Positions 50,860-61,398 of a stretch of 64,000 bases of DNA are shown piece by piece. A model generated the notes under the pieces. The model was not told where the DNA came from. It ran no database searches and was given only the letters and a program-made list of their open reading frames with translations. The translations under genes were made by a program, and so were the position numbers. Positions within the stretch are counted from its first letter, which is position 1. Each line of letters opens with the position of its first letter. This DNA comes from Torpedo marmorata (Eukaryota), in the NCBI GenBank assembly GCA_977017645.1, contig OZ360225.1, positions 135,594,001-135,658,000 on the forward strand. Reading direction: 5' to 3'.

Positions 50860-52673
50860 GAAAAAGGGTTATTAAGAGAGAAGGGGGTCCAGGCGGGGGG
50901 TGGTCCTTGAGGTCTAGGGGGTGGGTACTGAGGGAAGGGGCAGTCCTGGCTCCTCCTGTCCATGGTTAAAACAAGCTTTTATTCGGGACGGGTAGAAACG
51001 TGGGCGATTAGGATTGGGGGGGGGGGTCTTACAGGGGGCCTCCTGGGCCAGGGTGCCTGAAACTGACAATATTCTATTATCTAATTCTCTCAGTTTATAG
51101 GGACCATATGGCCAATCGGGGATTTGGTCCAAACCTCTGTCCTCATGTTCTGCAGGTTTGCCAGGGGTGGCCTCTCACCAGCTGTTGCTTGGTGCTGGGA
51201 CTCAGTTTTTATCCCGGGGTAGAGGATTTAGATTCTATTGCTGGGTCCCAGTAATAGGTGTTGGCTCAAAACGATCCCAAAATTCTGGTCTGCCTTCTCC
51301 TGGGTTGAGGGTACATTGCAGTACCTTGATAAGTACCTTGATGAAGGGCTCAAGCCCGAAATGTTGGTTATATATCTTTATCTTTGATACATAAAGTACA
51401 CTGTTTGACCAGCTGAGTTTCTCCAGCATTGTGTTTTTACCTTGGTAAGGTTTACTGGTAAAGCCAAGGCTACTTCTGAAGCACGACATATTATTTCTAC
51501 TTGCTCCTGTTCTTGATTTACTGCCCCCGCCAACTCTTGATAAGTATTCCGGTTCCCCATTTCCCTCTGCCACTGTTCCCTTTCCTTGGGATCTAAAATG
51601 GTGCAACAAAGACGATACTTATCCCAGGGGGTGGTGTCATACATCTGCATAGTGCTCTGAATATATTGAATAAATTGCTTGGGTTTCTCACATCGGTTTT
51701 GTGCTTGATTCATTATCATGATCATATCTTGTGGTTTCCAAGGGGTGTAAATTGCAACTGTATCGGGCTGATTACCCTGACCTGCATGGAGGTTTGCTAT
51801 GAGATGGCTCGGACACTGCCATTGAGGCTTTACCGGACCGATCGCCCCGTCCTCACTCCGACTGTCGGAGTCGCTGTCCGAACTGGGGATTGATCTACTA
51901 ACCTCCTGTGGAGCTGACCGCTTTTCTTTGCCTACCTTGCTCCGTCTATCTTTAAGCCGAGCAGCTATTGTATCGCAATAATCTTCTCCACCTCTTACAC
52001 TTCCTGGGTAGCTTGGGGGTTCTTCAGTCCCATGTACTTCAGGGTGCTGGAGCAATGGTGTAGTAGTATGTTGTAATGGCAATTGCGGGTTGGACGGGGG
52101 CTAATCTCCCTCCAACTCTTCATCACTGTCAATGCATAACATCGCTAAGCCAGACATGAAAAAAGGTTCCTTGTTTATTTCTTCTGAATTTTCCTTTTGT
52201 TCTTTACCTTTTCTCATTCCTAATTCTTTCTGTTCCCGGGCCTTAACCACCTTTTGTCTCTCTCTCTCTTCCTGATCTTTCCTTTTCCTTTGCTCCTCAT
52301 GCCACTCACACTCTACTTTCAGTGCCTCCAAGGGTTTTAGAACACCCTCACTCATACATATCGCCATCCCTCTGCGACCTCCATTATTTCTCCAACTAAC
52401 TAATAAAGACTGCTGCCTTCATTCCTCTGCCTTATTCTTCCAAACATCAAAAAGATGTCGCCATAGTGAACTATTACATTTTTTTCCATACTGCCTGTAC
52501 AGCTCTTTCACAGATTTCAACATCCCAAGTCCCCACGACTGGCCAGGTTTCACTACCGAGCTTCTTTGTCAGACAAGCTGATCAAATTCTAAGTTCCTTT
52601 TCATAAGTCGGCCACTCATTACACATAATATTAACTGGGCTTCCAATCCCCGATTTATCCATTATTTGTCCCA
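50860..52673 (-). pseudogene. gag: ERV gag, fragmented
   Basis: MGQ start (myristoylation-type), PPSY late-domain-like motif, capsid-like segment in ORF 51378..52082, decayed CFNHGQEE knuckle. Confidence 0.7.
51334..51437 (+). mobile_element. Penelope-terminus mini-insertion in ERV gag, 12 bp TSD
   Basis: TACCTTGATGAAGGGCTCAAGCCCGAAATGTTGG...CTCCAGCATTGTGTTTT; flanked by TACCTTG(A/G)TAAG at 51322-51333 and 51438-51449. Confidence 0.88.
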
Positions 52674-53111
52674 TTTCTAATTCTATTTTTTTTTTGTTCT
52701 TCAGGGCCTCGAAACCCTCTGTACAATTTACCTGTAAATCAAATTGGGGCCTTGAACCCCTGAATAAATAACACTGTTGGGCCTTCAATCCCTAAATAAG
52801 TTTCACTAACGAGATATATTGATTTAGAAAACTTTCCTGAATATATTTGACAAACTCTAAGCCATCCAGCCCTTTTATAGTACGAGAGTCTCAGTCAATA
52901 TGTGGTAAGTTAAAATCACCTACTATCACAAATTTCTGTCTGCTATCTCCCTGCAGATTTACTCCTCCAATTCTCACGGACTATTGGGTGGTCTATAAAA
53001 CAACCCCATTAATGTGGTTAAACCTTTCCCATTCCTCAGCTCCAACCATATAGATGAGCCCTCTAGTCTGTCCTGTCTGAGTACAGCTGTGATATTTTCC
53101 CTGACGAGCAA

Positions 53112-55997
53112 AAGACAATAGGAGCTGGAGTAGGCCCTTCGGCCTGTCGAGCCAGCACCGCCATTTTACAGATCATGGCTGATCACTACTATCAGTACCC
53201 CTTTCCAGCCTTATCCCCATAACCCTTAACTCCCCTGCCACTAGAGTGTTATCTAACTCTCTTTTGAACATAATCAGCGAATCTGCCTCTACCACCCTCT
53301 GTGGCAAAGCATTCCACAGATTCACACTTCTCTGTGTAAAAAAAATTTTCCTCATCTCCGTCCTAAAGGGCCTTCCCTGTATTCTTAAACTATGCCCTCT
53401 AGTCCTCGTCTCTCCCATCATTGGGAACAAGTAATCTGATTTCACCCTGTCTATCCCCTTGATAATCTTGTATACCTCAATCATGTCCCCCCTCATCCTT
53501 CTAAACTCCATCGGATACAAGTCCAGTTTTTCCAACCTTTCAGCATATGCCAATCCTGCCATCCCGGGAACTAACCTTGTAAATCTGCGCTGCACACCCT
53601 CTATAGCTAGTATGTCCTTCCTCAAATTTGGGGACCAGAACTGGACGCAATACTCCAGGTGAGGTCTCACTAGGGCCTTGTACAACTGCAGAAGGGAGTC
53701 TCTGCTCCTATACTCCAATCCCCTCTTTATGAAAGCCAACATGCCATTTGACTTCTTCACAGCTTTCTGAACCTGCATGTTAGCCTTCAGTGACTGGTGT
53801 ACAAGTACACCCAGATCCATTTGCACTTCCCCACTCCCTAGCTTGTCTCCATTTAAATAATACTCAGCTTTCCTATTACTGCCCCCAAAATGGATAACCT
53901 CACGTTTACTCACATTGAACTTCATCTTCCATTCCTCAGCCCACTCCCCCAACCTGTCCAAGTCCCTCTGCATTTTCCTGACATCCTCCTCACACTTTAC
54001 ACTGCCACCCAGTTTAGTGTCGTCTGCAAATTTGCTCATGATATTAATAATCCCTTCATCCAAATCATTTACATAAATGACAAACAACTGAGGACCCAAC
54101 ACCGATCCCTGCGGCACTCCACTTGTCACATCCTGCCATCCTGAAAAAGACCCGCTTATCCCAACCCTTTGTTTCCTATTTCTTAACCAATTTCCTGTCC
54201 ATGTCAGCACCTTACCTCCAATACCATGCTCCCTGATCTTGCCCACGAGTCTCCCGTGCGGGACCTTATCAAAGGCCTTCTGGAAGTCCAAATACACCAC
54301 ATCCACTGGCTCTCCCAAGTCCACCCTCTTTGTCACATCTTCGAAAAATTCCAGAAGGTAAGTCAAGCATGATTTACCCTTAAGGAATCCATGCTGACTA
54401 GCCCTTATACTATTATTTCTGCCTAAGTTTTCTGCTATTACTCCTTTTATGATAGATTCCAATATCTTCCCCACCACTGACGTCAGGCTGACCGGTCTAT
54501 AATTTCCCGTTTTCTCCCTCCCTCCCTTCTTAAAAAGCGGCACCACATCAGCCACTCTCCAATCCACAGGGACCTCCCCCGAATCTATGGAACTTTGGAA
54601 AATGTCGACCAGTGTCTCCACAATTTCCAGAGCAACCTCTTTAAGCACCCTGGGATGCAGCCCATCAGGCCCTGGGGATTTATCAGCCCTCAGTCCCAAC
54701 AATTTACTCACAACCTCCTGCTTCTGGATCCGAATATCTATCAGATTCCCTACTTCCCCAGGAAAGTTCCCCAAGTCTCTTAATACTGCATGACCACTAC
54801 CCCCTAACTGACCATAACCTCTATCCTCCTTGGTGAAGACAGATGCAAAGTATTTGTTAAATTCCTCAGCCATTTCCTTGTTTCCAGTAATAATTTCATC
54901 CTTTTCCATTCTTAATGGCCCAATTTTAGTCTGAACCAATTTCTTCCTCTTCACATATTTAAAAAAGCTTTTGCTATCCTCTATTATATTATTTGCTAAT
55001 TTCCTCTCGTACTTCATTTTCCCCTCTCGTATGACATTCTTAGTTACCCTCTGATGTTTTTTGAAGGTTTCCCAATCCTCTAACTTCCCACTCTGCTTCG
55101 CTATCTTATACTTACTCCCTTTGGACTTGATATTGCACTTGATTTCATTAGTTAGCCATGGCTGCCATTTACATCTCCTAGAGCCTTTCCTCCACTTTGG
55201 AATGAATTTGTCCTGAATCCTGTGAAAAATGCCCATAAATACCTGCCATTTTTCCCCAGTTGTCCTCCCAGCTAGTGTATCTTTCCATTTTATTTTGGCT
55301 AGCTCCTCCCTCATAGCTGCATAATCCCCTTTATTTAACTGCAGTACTGATGCTTCCGACTTCCTTTCTTTTTCCCTTTCCATTTGCAGATCAAAAGTAA
55401 CCATACCATGGTCACTATTCCCTAATGGCACCCCTACTTCGAGGTCACTTATTAACTCTGCGTCGCTGCACAGCACAAAGTCCAGAATCAACTTCCCCCT
55501 GGTAGGATCCTCCACTAGCAGCTCCAAGAATGTATCTCGTAGACATTCTATAAACTCACTCTCTTGCTTTCCTGCCCCTGTCTGATTTTCCCAGTCCACC
55601 TTCATGTTGAAGTCCCCCATAACTACCGTATTGCTACCACTTTGACATGCCACTCTTAATTCTTGATTTATACTACTTCCTATATCTGAGCTACTTTTCG
55701 GAGGCCTGTAAATGACCCCCATTATGGTCTTCATGTCTTTGCAATTTCTTAATTCTATCCAAACAGACTCTACCCCACCTGTTTCAATGTCTTTCCTTTC
55801 AAACGCCTGAATTTCATTTCTTACCAACAGAGCTACCCCACCTCCTCTTCCTAACTTTCTGTCCTTTCTATAGGAGGTGTACCCTGGAACATTTATTTCC
55901 CAATCCTGTCCCTCCCGCAGCCATGTCTCCATTACTCCGATAATGTCATAACCTCCTATTGCCATTTGCGCCTCAAACTCATCCATTTTATTCCTTA
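53112..55997 (-). mobile_element. Young CR1 LINE, truncated at the start of ORF2, inserted in an older CR1
   Basis: Host sequence CTGACGAGCAA|TGCTACTTCTCC is rejoined across the insert; short CAA overlap. Confidence 0.88.
53173..55986 (-). CDS. CR1 ORF2, uninterrupted 937 aa (APE endonuclease plus RT)
   Basis: METW, IYRPP, GDFN, SDH; NYRPVSLTSVVGK, DFQKAFDKVPH, GVPQGSVLGP, FADD. The extreme C-terminus looks frameshifted relative to the sister ORF. Confidence 0.93.
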   Translation of the reverse strand: MDEFEAQMAIGGYDIIGVMETWLREGQDWEINVPGYTSYRKDRKLGRGGGVALLVRNEIQAFERKDIETGGVESVWIELRNCKDMKTIMGVIYRPPKSSSDIGSSINQELRVACQSGSNTVVMGDFNMKVDWENQTGAGKQESEFIECLRDTFLELLVEDPTRGKLILDFVLCSDAELISDLEVGVPLGNSDHGMVTFDLQMEREKERKSEASVLQLNKGDYAAMREELAKIKWKDTLAGRTTGEKWQVFMGIFHRIQDKFIPKWRKGSRRCKWQPWLTNEIKCNIKSKGSKYKIAKQSGKLEDWETFKKHQRVTKNVIREGKMKYERKLANNIIEDSKSFFKYVKRKKLVQTKIGPLRMEKDEIITGNKEMAEEFNKYFASVFTKEDRGYGQLGGSGHAVLRDLGNFPGEVGNLIDIRIQKQEVVSKLLGLRADKSPGPDGLHPRVLKEVALEIVETLVDIFQSSIDSGEVPVDWRVADVVPLFKKGGREKTGNYRPVSLTSVVGKILESIIKGVIAENLGRNNSIRASQHGFLKGKSCLTYLLEFFEDVTKRVDLGEPVDVVYLDFQKAFDKVPHGRLVGKIREHGIGGKVLTWTGNWLRNRKQRVGISGSFSGWQDVTSGVPQGSVLGPQLFVIYVNDLDEGIINIMSKFADDTKLGGSVKCEEDVRKMQRDLDRLGEWAEEWKMKFNVSKREVIHFGGSNRKAEYYLNGDKLGSGEVQMDLGVLVHQSLKANMQVQKAVKKSNGMLAFIKRGLEYRSRDSLLQLYKALVRPHLEYCVQFWSPNLRKDILAIEGVQRRFTRLVPGMAGLAYAERLEKLDLYPMEFRRMRGDMIEVYKIIKGIDRVKSDYLFPMMGETRTRGHSLRIQGRPFRTEMRKIFFTQRSVNLWNALPQRVVEADSLIMFKRELDNTLVAGELRVMGIRLERGTDSSDQP

Positions 55998-58903
55998 CAA
56001 TGCTACTTCTCCCCCTTTCATCCCTCCTGCTCTATCGTGTCTGAAACAATGGAACCCCGGAACATTGAGCTGCCATTCCTGCCCCTCCTGCAATCAAGTT
56101 CCACTAACAGCCACAATGTCATAATTCCATGTGCCAATCCATGCTCTAAGCTCATCTTCCTTTCCTACAATACTCCTTGCATTGAAATAGATGCACCTGT
56201 GAACATTATTTCCACCACGCTCAACCCTTTGATTTCTGTCTTTATATGCAGTCATAACATCATCTTTTTCCTCCTCCACTCCACTGTCTGCTCTGGCACT
56301 CTGGTTCCCATCTCCACGCAAATCTAGTTTAAGCCCCCCCCACCCCAACCCCACCAAAGCAGATCAAGCAAACCTTCCCGCAAGGATATTAGTCCTCCTC
56401 CAGTCCAGAAGTTCAGATGCAAACCATTCTGCCAGTGCAGGTCCCACCTTCCCTGGAAGAAAGGCCAATGTTCCAGAAATCTGAACCCCTCTCTCCTGCA
56501 CCATCTCTTTAGCCATGTGTTAAGATGCATTATTCTCCTATTTCTAACCTCACTAGCACGTGGCACAGGTAGCAATCCTGAGATCACAACCCTGGAGGTC
56601 CTGACCTTCAACTTCACATCTAACTCCCTGAACACTCTTTGCAGGACCTCATCATTCTACCTACCCACATCATTGGTCCCTACATGGACCACGACATCTG
56701 GCTACTCACCCTCCCTCTTGAAAATGCCACAAACTCAATCTGAGATATCCTGGATCCTGGCAGCTGGGAGGCAACATACCATCCAGGATTCTCGATCTCT
56801 TCCACAGAACCTCTTATCTGTTCCCCTCACTATTGAATACCCTATCACTACAGCTCGCCTCTTCTCCTTGCTCCTTTCCTTAGCCACAGGGCCAGACTCT
56901 GTGCCAGAGACTTGAACACCGTGGTTTGTCCCTGGTAGATCATCCCCCTCAATAGTATCCAAAACAGTGTACGTGTTATTGAGGGGAATGGCCACAGGGG
57001 TACACTGCACTGCCTGCCTGTTCCCTTTTCCTCTGCTGACTTCCACCCAGCTATCTTACTTCTGCTTCCTAGGTGTGATTGCATCCCTGTAACCCCCTCA
57101 GCCTCCCGAATGATTGGAGTTCAGCCAGCTTCAGCTCCAATTCCTTAACACAGTTTGTAAGGAGCTGCAGTTGGATGCACTTCTCACAGATGAAGTCGTC
57201 AGGGATACTGTTGGCTTCCCTGACTATCTACATTCTGCAAGAGGAGCATGTCCCTGCCGTGGCTACCATTCCATTGTCTATGAAATAGAGAAAAAAAAGT
57301 AAGAAAAACCTGTCCTTAACGTGTGCCTCCTTGCTGAATCCTTTTGTTCCTCAACAGGGTTGTCTTGACCTTACCTCAACCCCTGCACCACCACCTCAGC
57401 CTCTGCTCGCCGAATCCTCTCGATCCAAAGCCTCTAACTCACCACTCCAAGACTGAGCCATTCTCACACAGGCCGCTCCAACAATGGTCGCCCCGCTAGA
57501 GCGTCCCTTCTTTTTATTTGCTGCTGGCTCTATCTGTATCACAGACTTCAACCAATCGCCAAGGTTCTCACTCTGCTTCTATTTAAACTAACCTGAAACA
57601 AAGCATATACAACACTGAGATTCTTTTTCCTGCGGGCCAGGCAGAATTGTTAACTGTACACTGTATTCAAGAAAAAGATACGTATACAAAAGAGAGAAAT
57701 ATAAACAATACAAGAAATGTAAAAAAAAACTGACTGTGAATTACAGAAAAAATGAATATTCAGTAATAAATAATGTGTAAAGTAAGAGCCCTTAAATGAG
57801 TCTCTGAGTTTGTTATTTTGGAGACTGATAGATGATGGGTAGCAACTGTTCCTGAACCTGGTGGTACAAGTCTTGTGACACCTATACCTCTTTCCTGATG
57901 GCAGCAGCGAGAACAGAGCATGTCCTGGGTGGTGTGGATCCTTGGTGATTGCTGCTGCTCTCTGACAGCAATGTTCCATGTAGATGTTCTCGATGGTGGG
58001 GAGAGTTTTGTTTGTGATTGGGTCTGAAGGTGAGGAAATCCAGGATCCAATTACACAGTGGGATATTGAGGCCCAGGTCTTGGAGTTTGCTGATCAGTTT
58101 TGAGGGGATGATGGTGTTGAATGCCGAACTGTAGTCGATAAAGAGCATCCTGATTATGCATCTTTGCTGTCCAGGTGTTCCAGGGTTTTGTGTAGACCCA
58201 GTGAGATGGCATCTGCCGTAGATCTGTTGCTGCGGTAGGCAAACTTGAACGGATCCATGTCGCCGCTCAGACAGGAGCTGATATGCTTCAACACCAGCCT
58301 CTCAAAACACTTCATCATTGTGGATGTGGGTGCTACTGGCCGGTGGTCATTCAGGCAGGTTGCCACACTCTTCTTGGGCACCAGTATGATTGAGGCCTGT
58401 TTGAAACAGGTAGGTACCATGCACTGACGGAGTGAGATGTTGAAGTTATCCGTGAATACATTGACCAGTTTGTCAGCACAGGTTTTCAGTACTCGGCCGG
58501 TTACTCAGTCTAGATTGGATGCTTTCTTTGGATTCACTCTCCTGAAGGCATTCATTCTCAGATACTGACAGTAGAGGATTATCAGGGGACTTGGGGGTGC
58601 ACTGTGGTTATTCGTTGTTCTGGTGGTCAAATCGGGCGTAGAAGGCATTGAGTTCATCTGGGAGTGAAGCTTTGCCGTCTCCTACTGCACCGGATTTGGT
58701 TTTGTAGCAGGTTATGTCATTTAGGCCCTGCCACAGCTGTCAGGTATCCTTCGTTTCCATTCTCGTCTGGAATCTCCACTTCACCCGGGATTCTCCACTT
58801 CACACCGAATTTCATGACTTGTTCATGACAATAAATTCTGATTCTGATTCTGAGATGGCTTTCCGTAGGTCGTACCCACTCCTTGTGTAGTGTTCTAGAT
58901 CTT

Positions 58904-59160
58904 TAAAAAAAAAAAATTTTTAAGTTTAGATATATAGCACGGTAACAGGTTATTTCAGCCCACGAGCCTGTGCCGCCCAATTACACCCAATTAACCTACA
59001 AACACCGGTACGTTTCGAACGGTGGGAGGAAACTGGAGCACCCAGAGGAAACCCACGCAGACAGGGGGAGAACGTACAAACTCCTTACAGACAGCGCGGG
59101 ATTTGAACCCCACTGGCGCTGTAACAGCGTTGCGTTAACCGCTATGCTAACCGTACCACC
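58904..59160 (-). mobile_element. V-SINE (HE1-like) inserted in Rex1
   Basis: Reverse complement of the head GGTTAGCATAGCGGTTAAC, B-box GGTTCAAATCC and V-core. Confidence 0.85.
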
Positions 59161-59659
59161 GGACTTAAATGCCTGTGACTGGCTCTCAGCAGGTTCCAGA
59201 TTTTATTGTTCATAACCTCTGGTGCAAATTATAAAACATTCAAATTTAAGTGCCTCAACAAACATCATAAACTAGAAATTATCAATGATGTAACATAAAA
59301 GACAATAAAATTATAAATGTTATCAAGGTTCTTGCTGAATGCATCTTGATTCCTTACACCAGATAGTTGTAAAGGTGGAATCATTGAATATATTCATGGC
59401 AGACATCGGCAGATTTTTATAACACAGGAAAATCAAGGGTTGTGGAGAACAGCCAAGAAAGTTGAGCAAAGAGCAAGATCAGATCAGATGATATCTTATT
59501 GAATAGCAAAGCAGGCGCATGTCTTCCTGTCCTACTCTTGCTCCTATTACTTACATTATGTTTTTCCATAGCCAATAATTTTCTTCCAAGGTCCAGGGCC
59601 AGAACTGGATGCAGAATTTCAGACGATATATAGCGTGCTTTGAAGTGTGGCCTCTTTAT

Positions 59660-60005
59660 CAAGTTCAAGTACAACTTTATTATCATCTGACTGTATATGT
59701 ACAACTAAACGAAACTGTTTCGGACCATGGTGCACACATATGATACATTTCTCACAAAGCACTTAATAATCACATATACATAAAGATATAATATTAAAAA
59801 TATGTATAAATCCTCTGGAATAATTTATTCAGTTTCATTTATAAGAGACCCACAGTGACAGGATACTGTTCATCAATCTCACAGCCTGTGGGAAGGAGCT
59901 ATTTACCAGCCTGGCACTCCTGATTTTGATGCTCCTGTACCTCGTTCCTGATAGCAGTTGGTCAAAGATACTGTGTGCTGGATGGTAGGGATCCTTGATA
60001 ATTTG
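59660..60005 (-). mobile_element. Degraded Rex1/Babar 3' end
   Basis: Minus-strand IIKDPYHPAHSIFDQLLSGTRYRSIK remnant. Confidence 0.65.
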
Positions 60006-60342
60006 AGCCCTTGTTACTTTATCCCCTTTATTGAGATTCTCTTACCAATGGAAACATCCCATTATCTGGCCGGCCTGTCATGTAATATTTTTCAATAAGA
60101 TAACCCTTCATTCTTCTAAACACCAAAGAATATGTATTCATAGAGTCCAAGAGCGATACAGCACAATTACAGCCCATTGAGACACCAAGTCCACACTGAC
60201 CAAGCACGCATTTTTACCCTCAACCTACCCTAATTCATTTTATTCTCCAACATTCTCATCAACTTCACACTTGGGGCAATTTACAGTGGCAAATTAACTA
60301 TTTTTGAGTTGTGGGAGAGAATCAGAGTACCTGGAATAAACT

Positions 60343-61398
60343 GGGTGAAACACAAAAGCCTGCAGATGCTGTGATTGTAGCAAAAACACAAAAATGGTGG
60401 AGGAACTCAGCAAGTCATTCAGTGTCCATAGGAGGTAAAGATATATAACCAACATTTTGGGCCTGAGCCCTTTGTCAAGGTATGAGCAAAAAGCAGGCAG
60501 GTGCCTGAATAAAAAGGCTGGGGGAGGAGGAGCACCGGCCAACAGGCAAAATTGGACATGGATAGGAGGACAGGAGAGGAAAGGTGAGAATTGATCAGGG
60601 GAGGGTGTGGCTTCGTGAATGCAGAGGTGGAGGAAAGGAGACTTATAGAAAGGGAGCTAGAGGATAGGAAACATAGGGATTGGGAAAGAGAGAGAGAGAT
60701 GGGGGGATGGGGGTTAGGCTAACGGTAACTGGAGAGGTCAATGTTAATGCCATCTGGTTGGAGGGTGCCCAGACAGAATATGAGGTGTTGTTCCTCCCAT
60801 TTGTGGGTCCTATCAGTTGAGCAGTCCATGTAACCATGGACAGACATGTCGGCATGGGAAAAGGGCGGGGAATTGAAATGGGTTGCCACTGGGAGATCCT
60901 CACTATTGCGGCAGAGATAGTGTAGGTGCTGAATGAAGCGATCTCCCAGCCTGTGTCCCACTCTGATGTAGAGGAAACCACAACTGGAGCATCGAATGCA
61001 GTAGATAACCCCCTGCAGGTTCACAACTAAAGTGTTGCTTCACTTGGAAGGACTGTTTGGGGCCCCAAATGATGGTGAGGGAGGAGGTGTGATGCATGTA
61101 GCACTGGTGTAGGTGCCAAGGGGGTGATTGATGACAAGGGAGAACTGGACGAGGGAGTCACGGAGGAAGCGGTCCCTGTGGAATGCGGAGAGGGGAGGGG
61201 AAGATGTGTCTGGTGGTGGGATCACATATAGGTGGTGGAAATGCCAAGGCTAGTGGGGTGGTAGGTGAGGACAAGGGGGATCCTGTTCTTGTTGCGCATG
61301 GGGGTGGAGGGGGCTAGGGCAGGTGTGCGGGTAATGAATGATATACGGGTGAGGACCGAGTTAATGGTAATAGAGGGAAGCCATGTTTTTTGAAGGAG
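60343..61398 (-). mobile_element. Older Penelope-like element (GIY-YIG), degraded
   Basis: ORF 60719..61024 VIYCIRCSSCGFLYI...LPVATHFNS...LGTLQPDGINID; terminus motif at ~60452-60485. Confidence 0.85.

Larger units (their letters stand above)
45959..52810 (-). mobile_element. Decayed class I (gamma/epsilon-like) endogenous retrovirus; 5' LTR not seen
   Basis: gag start MGQIMDK (~52673), capsid-like YTPWKPQD, protease FMIDT(E)ATTS, RT QYVDDLL, env TM domain, polypurine tract plus LTR, all in retroviral order on the minus strand. Confidence 0.88.
39602..57600 (-). mobile_element. Full-length decayed CR1 (5' UTR, zinc-finger/esterase ORF1, ORF2) hosting five younger insertions
   Basis: Colinear pieces: ORF1 ~57290-56324 (C-x2-C, CCLPAAR, VVISGLLPVP), APE at 56094-56357, 52812-53110 and 45797-45958, RT at 44400-45560 and 42810-43620 (KFADDTK), 3' tail at 42713-42800 and 39602-39622. 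Confidence 0.82.
39560..59215 (-). mobile_element. Rex1/Babar LINE (pieces 39560-39601 and 57603-59215) split by an ~18 kb nested insert
   Basis: Tail ATTTATTGTCAGAGTACATACATGACAT resumes at ~57603 CATATACAACACTGAGATTCTTTTTCC, as in the unsplit tail at 6985-7040; RT remnants [25 protein letters not shown] and [12 protein letters not shown]. Confidence 0.8.
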
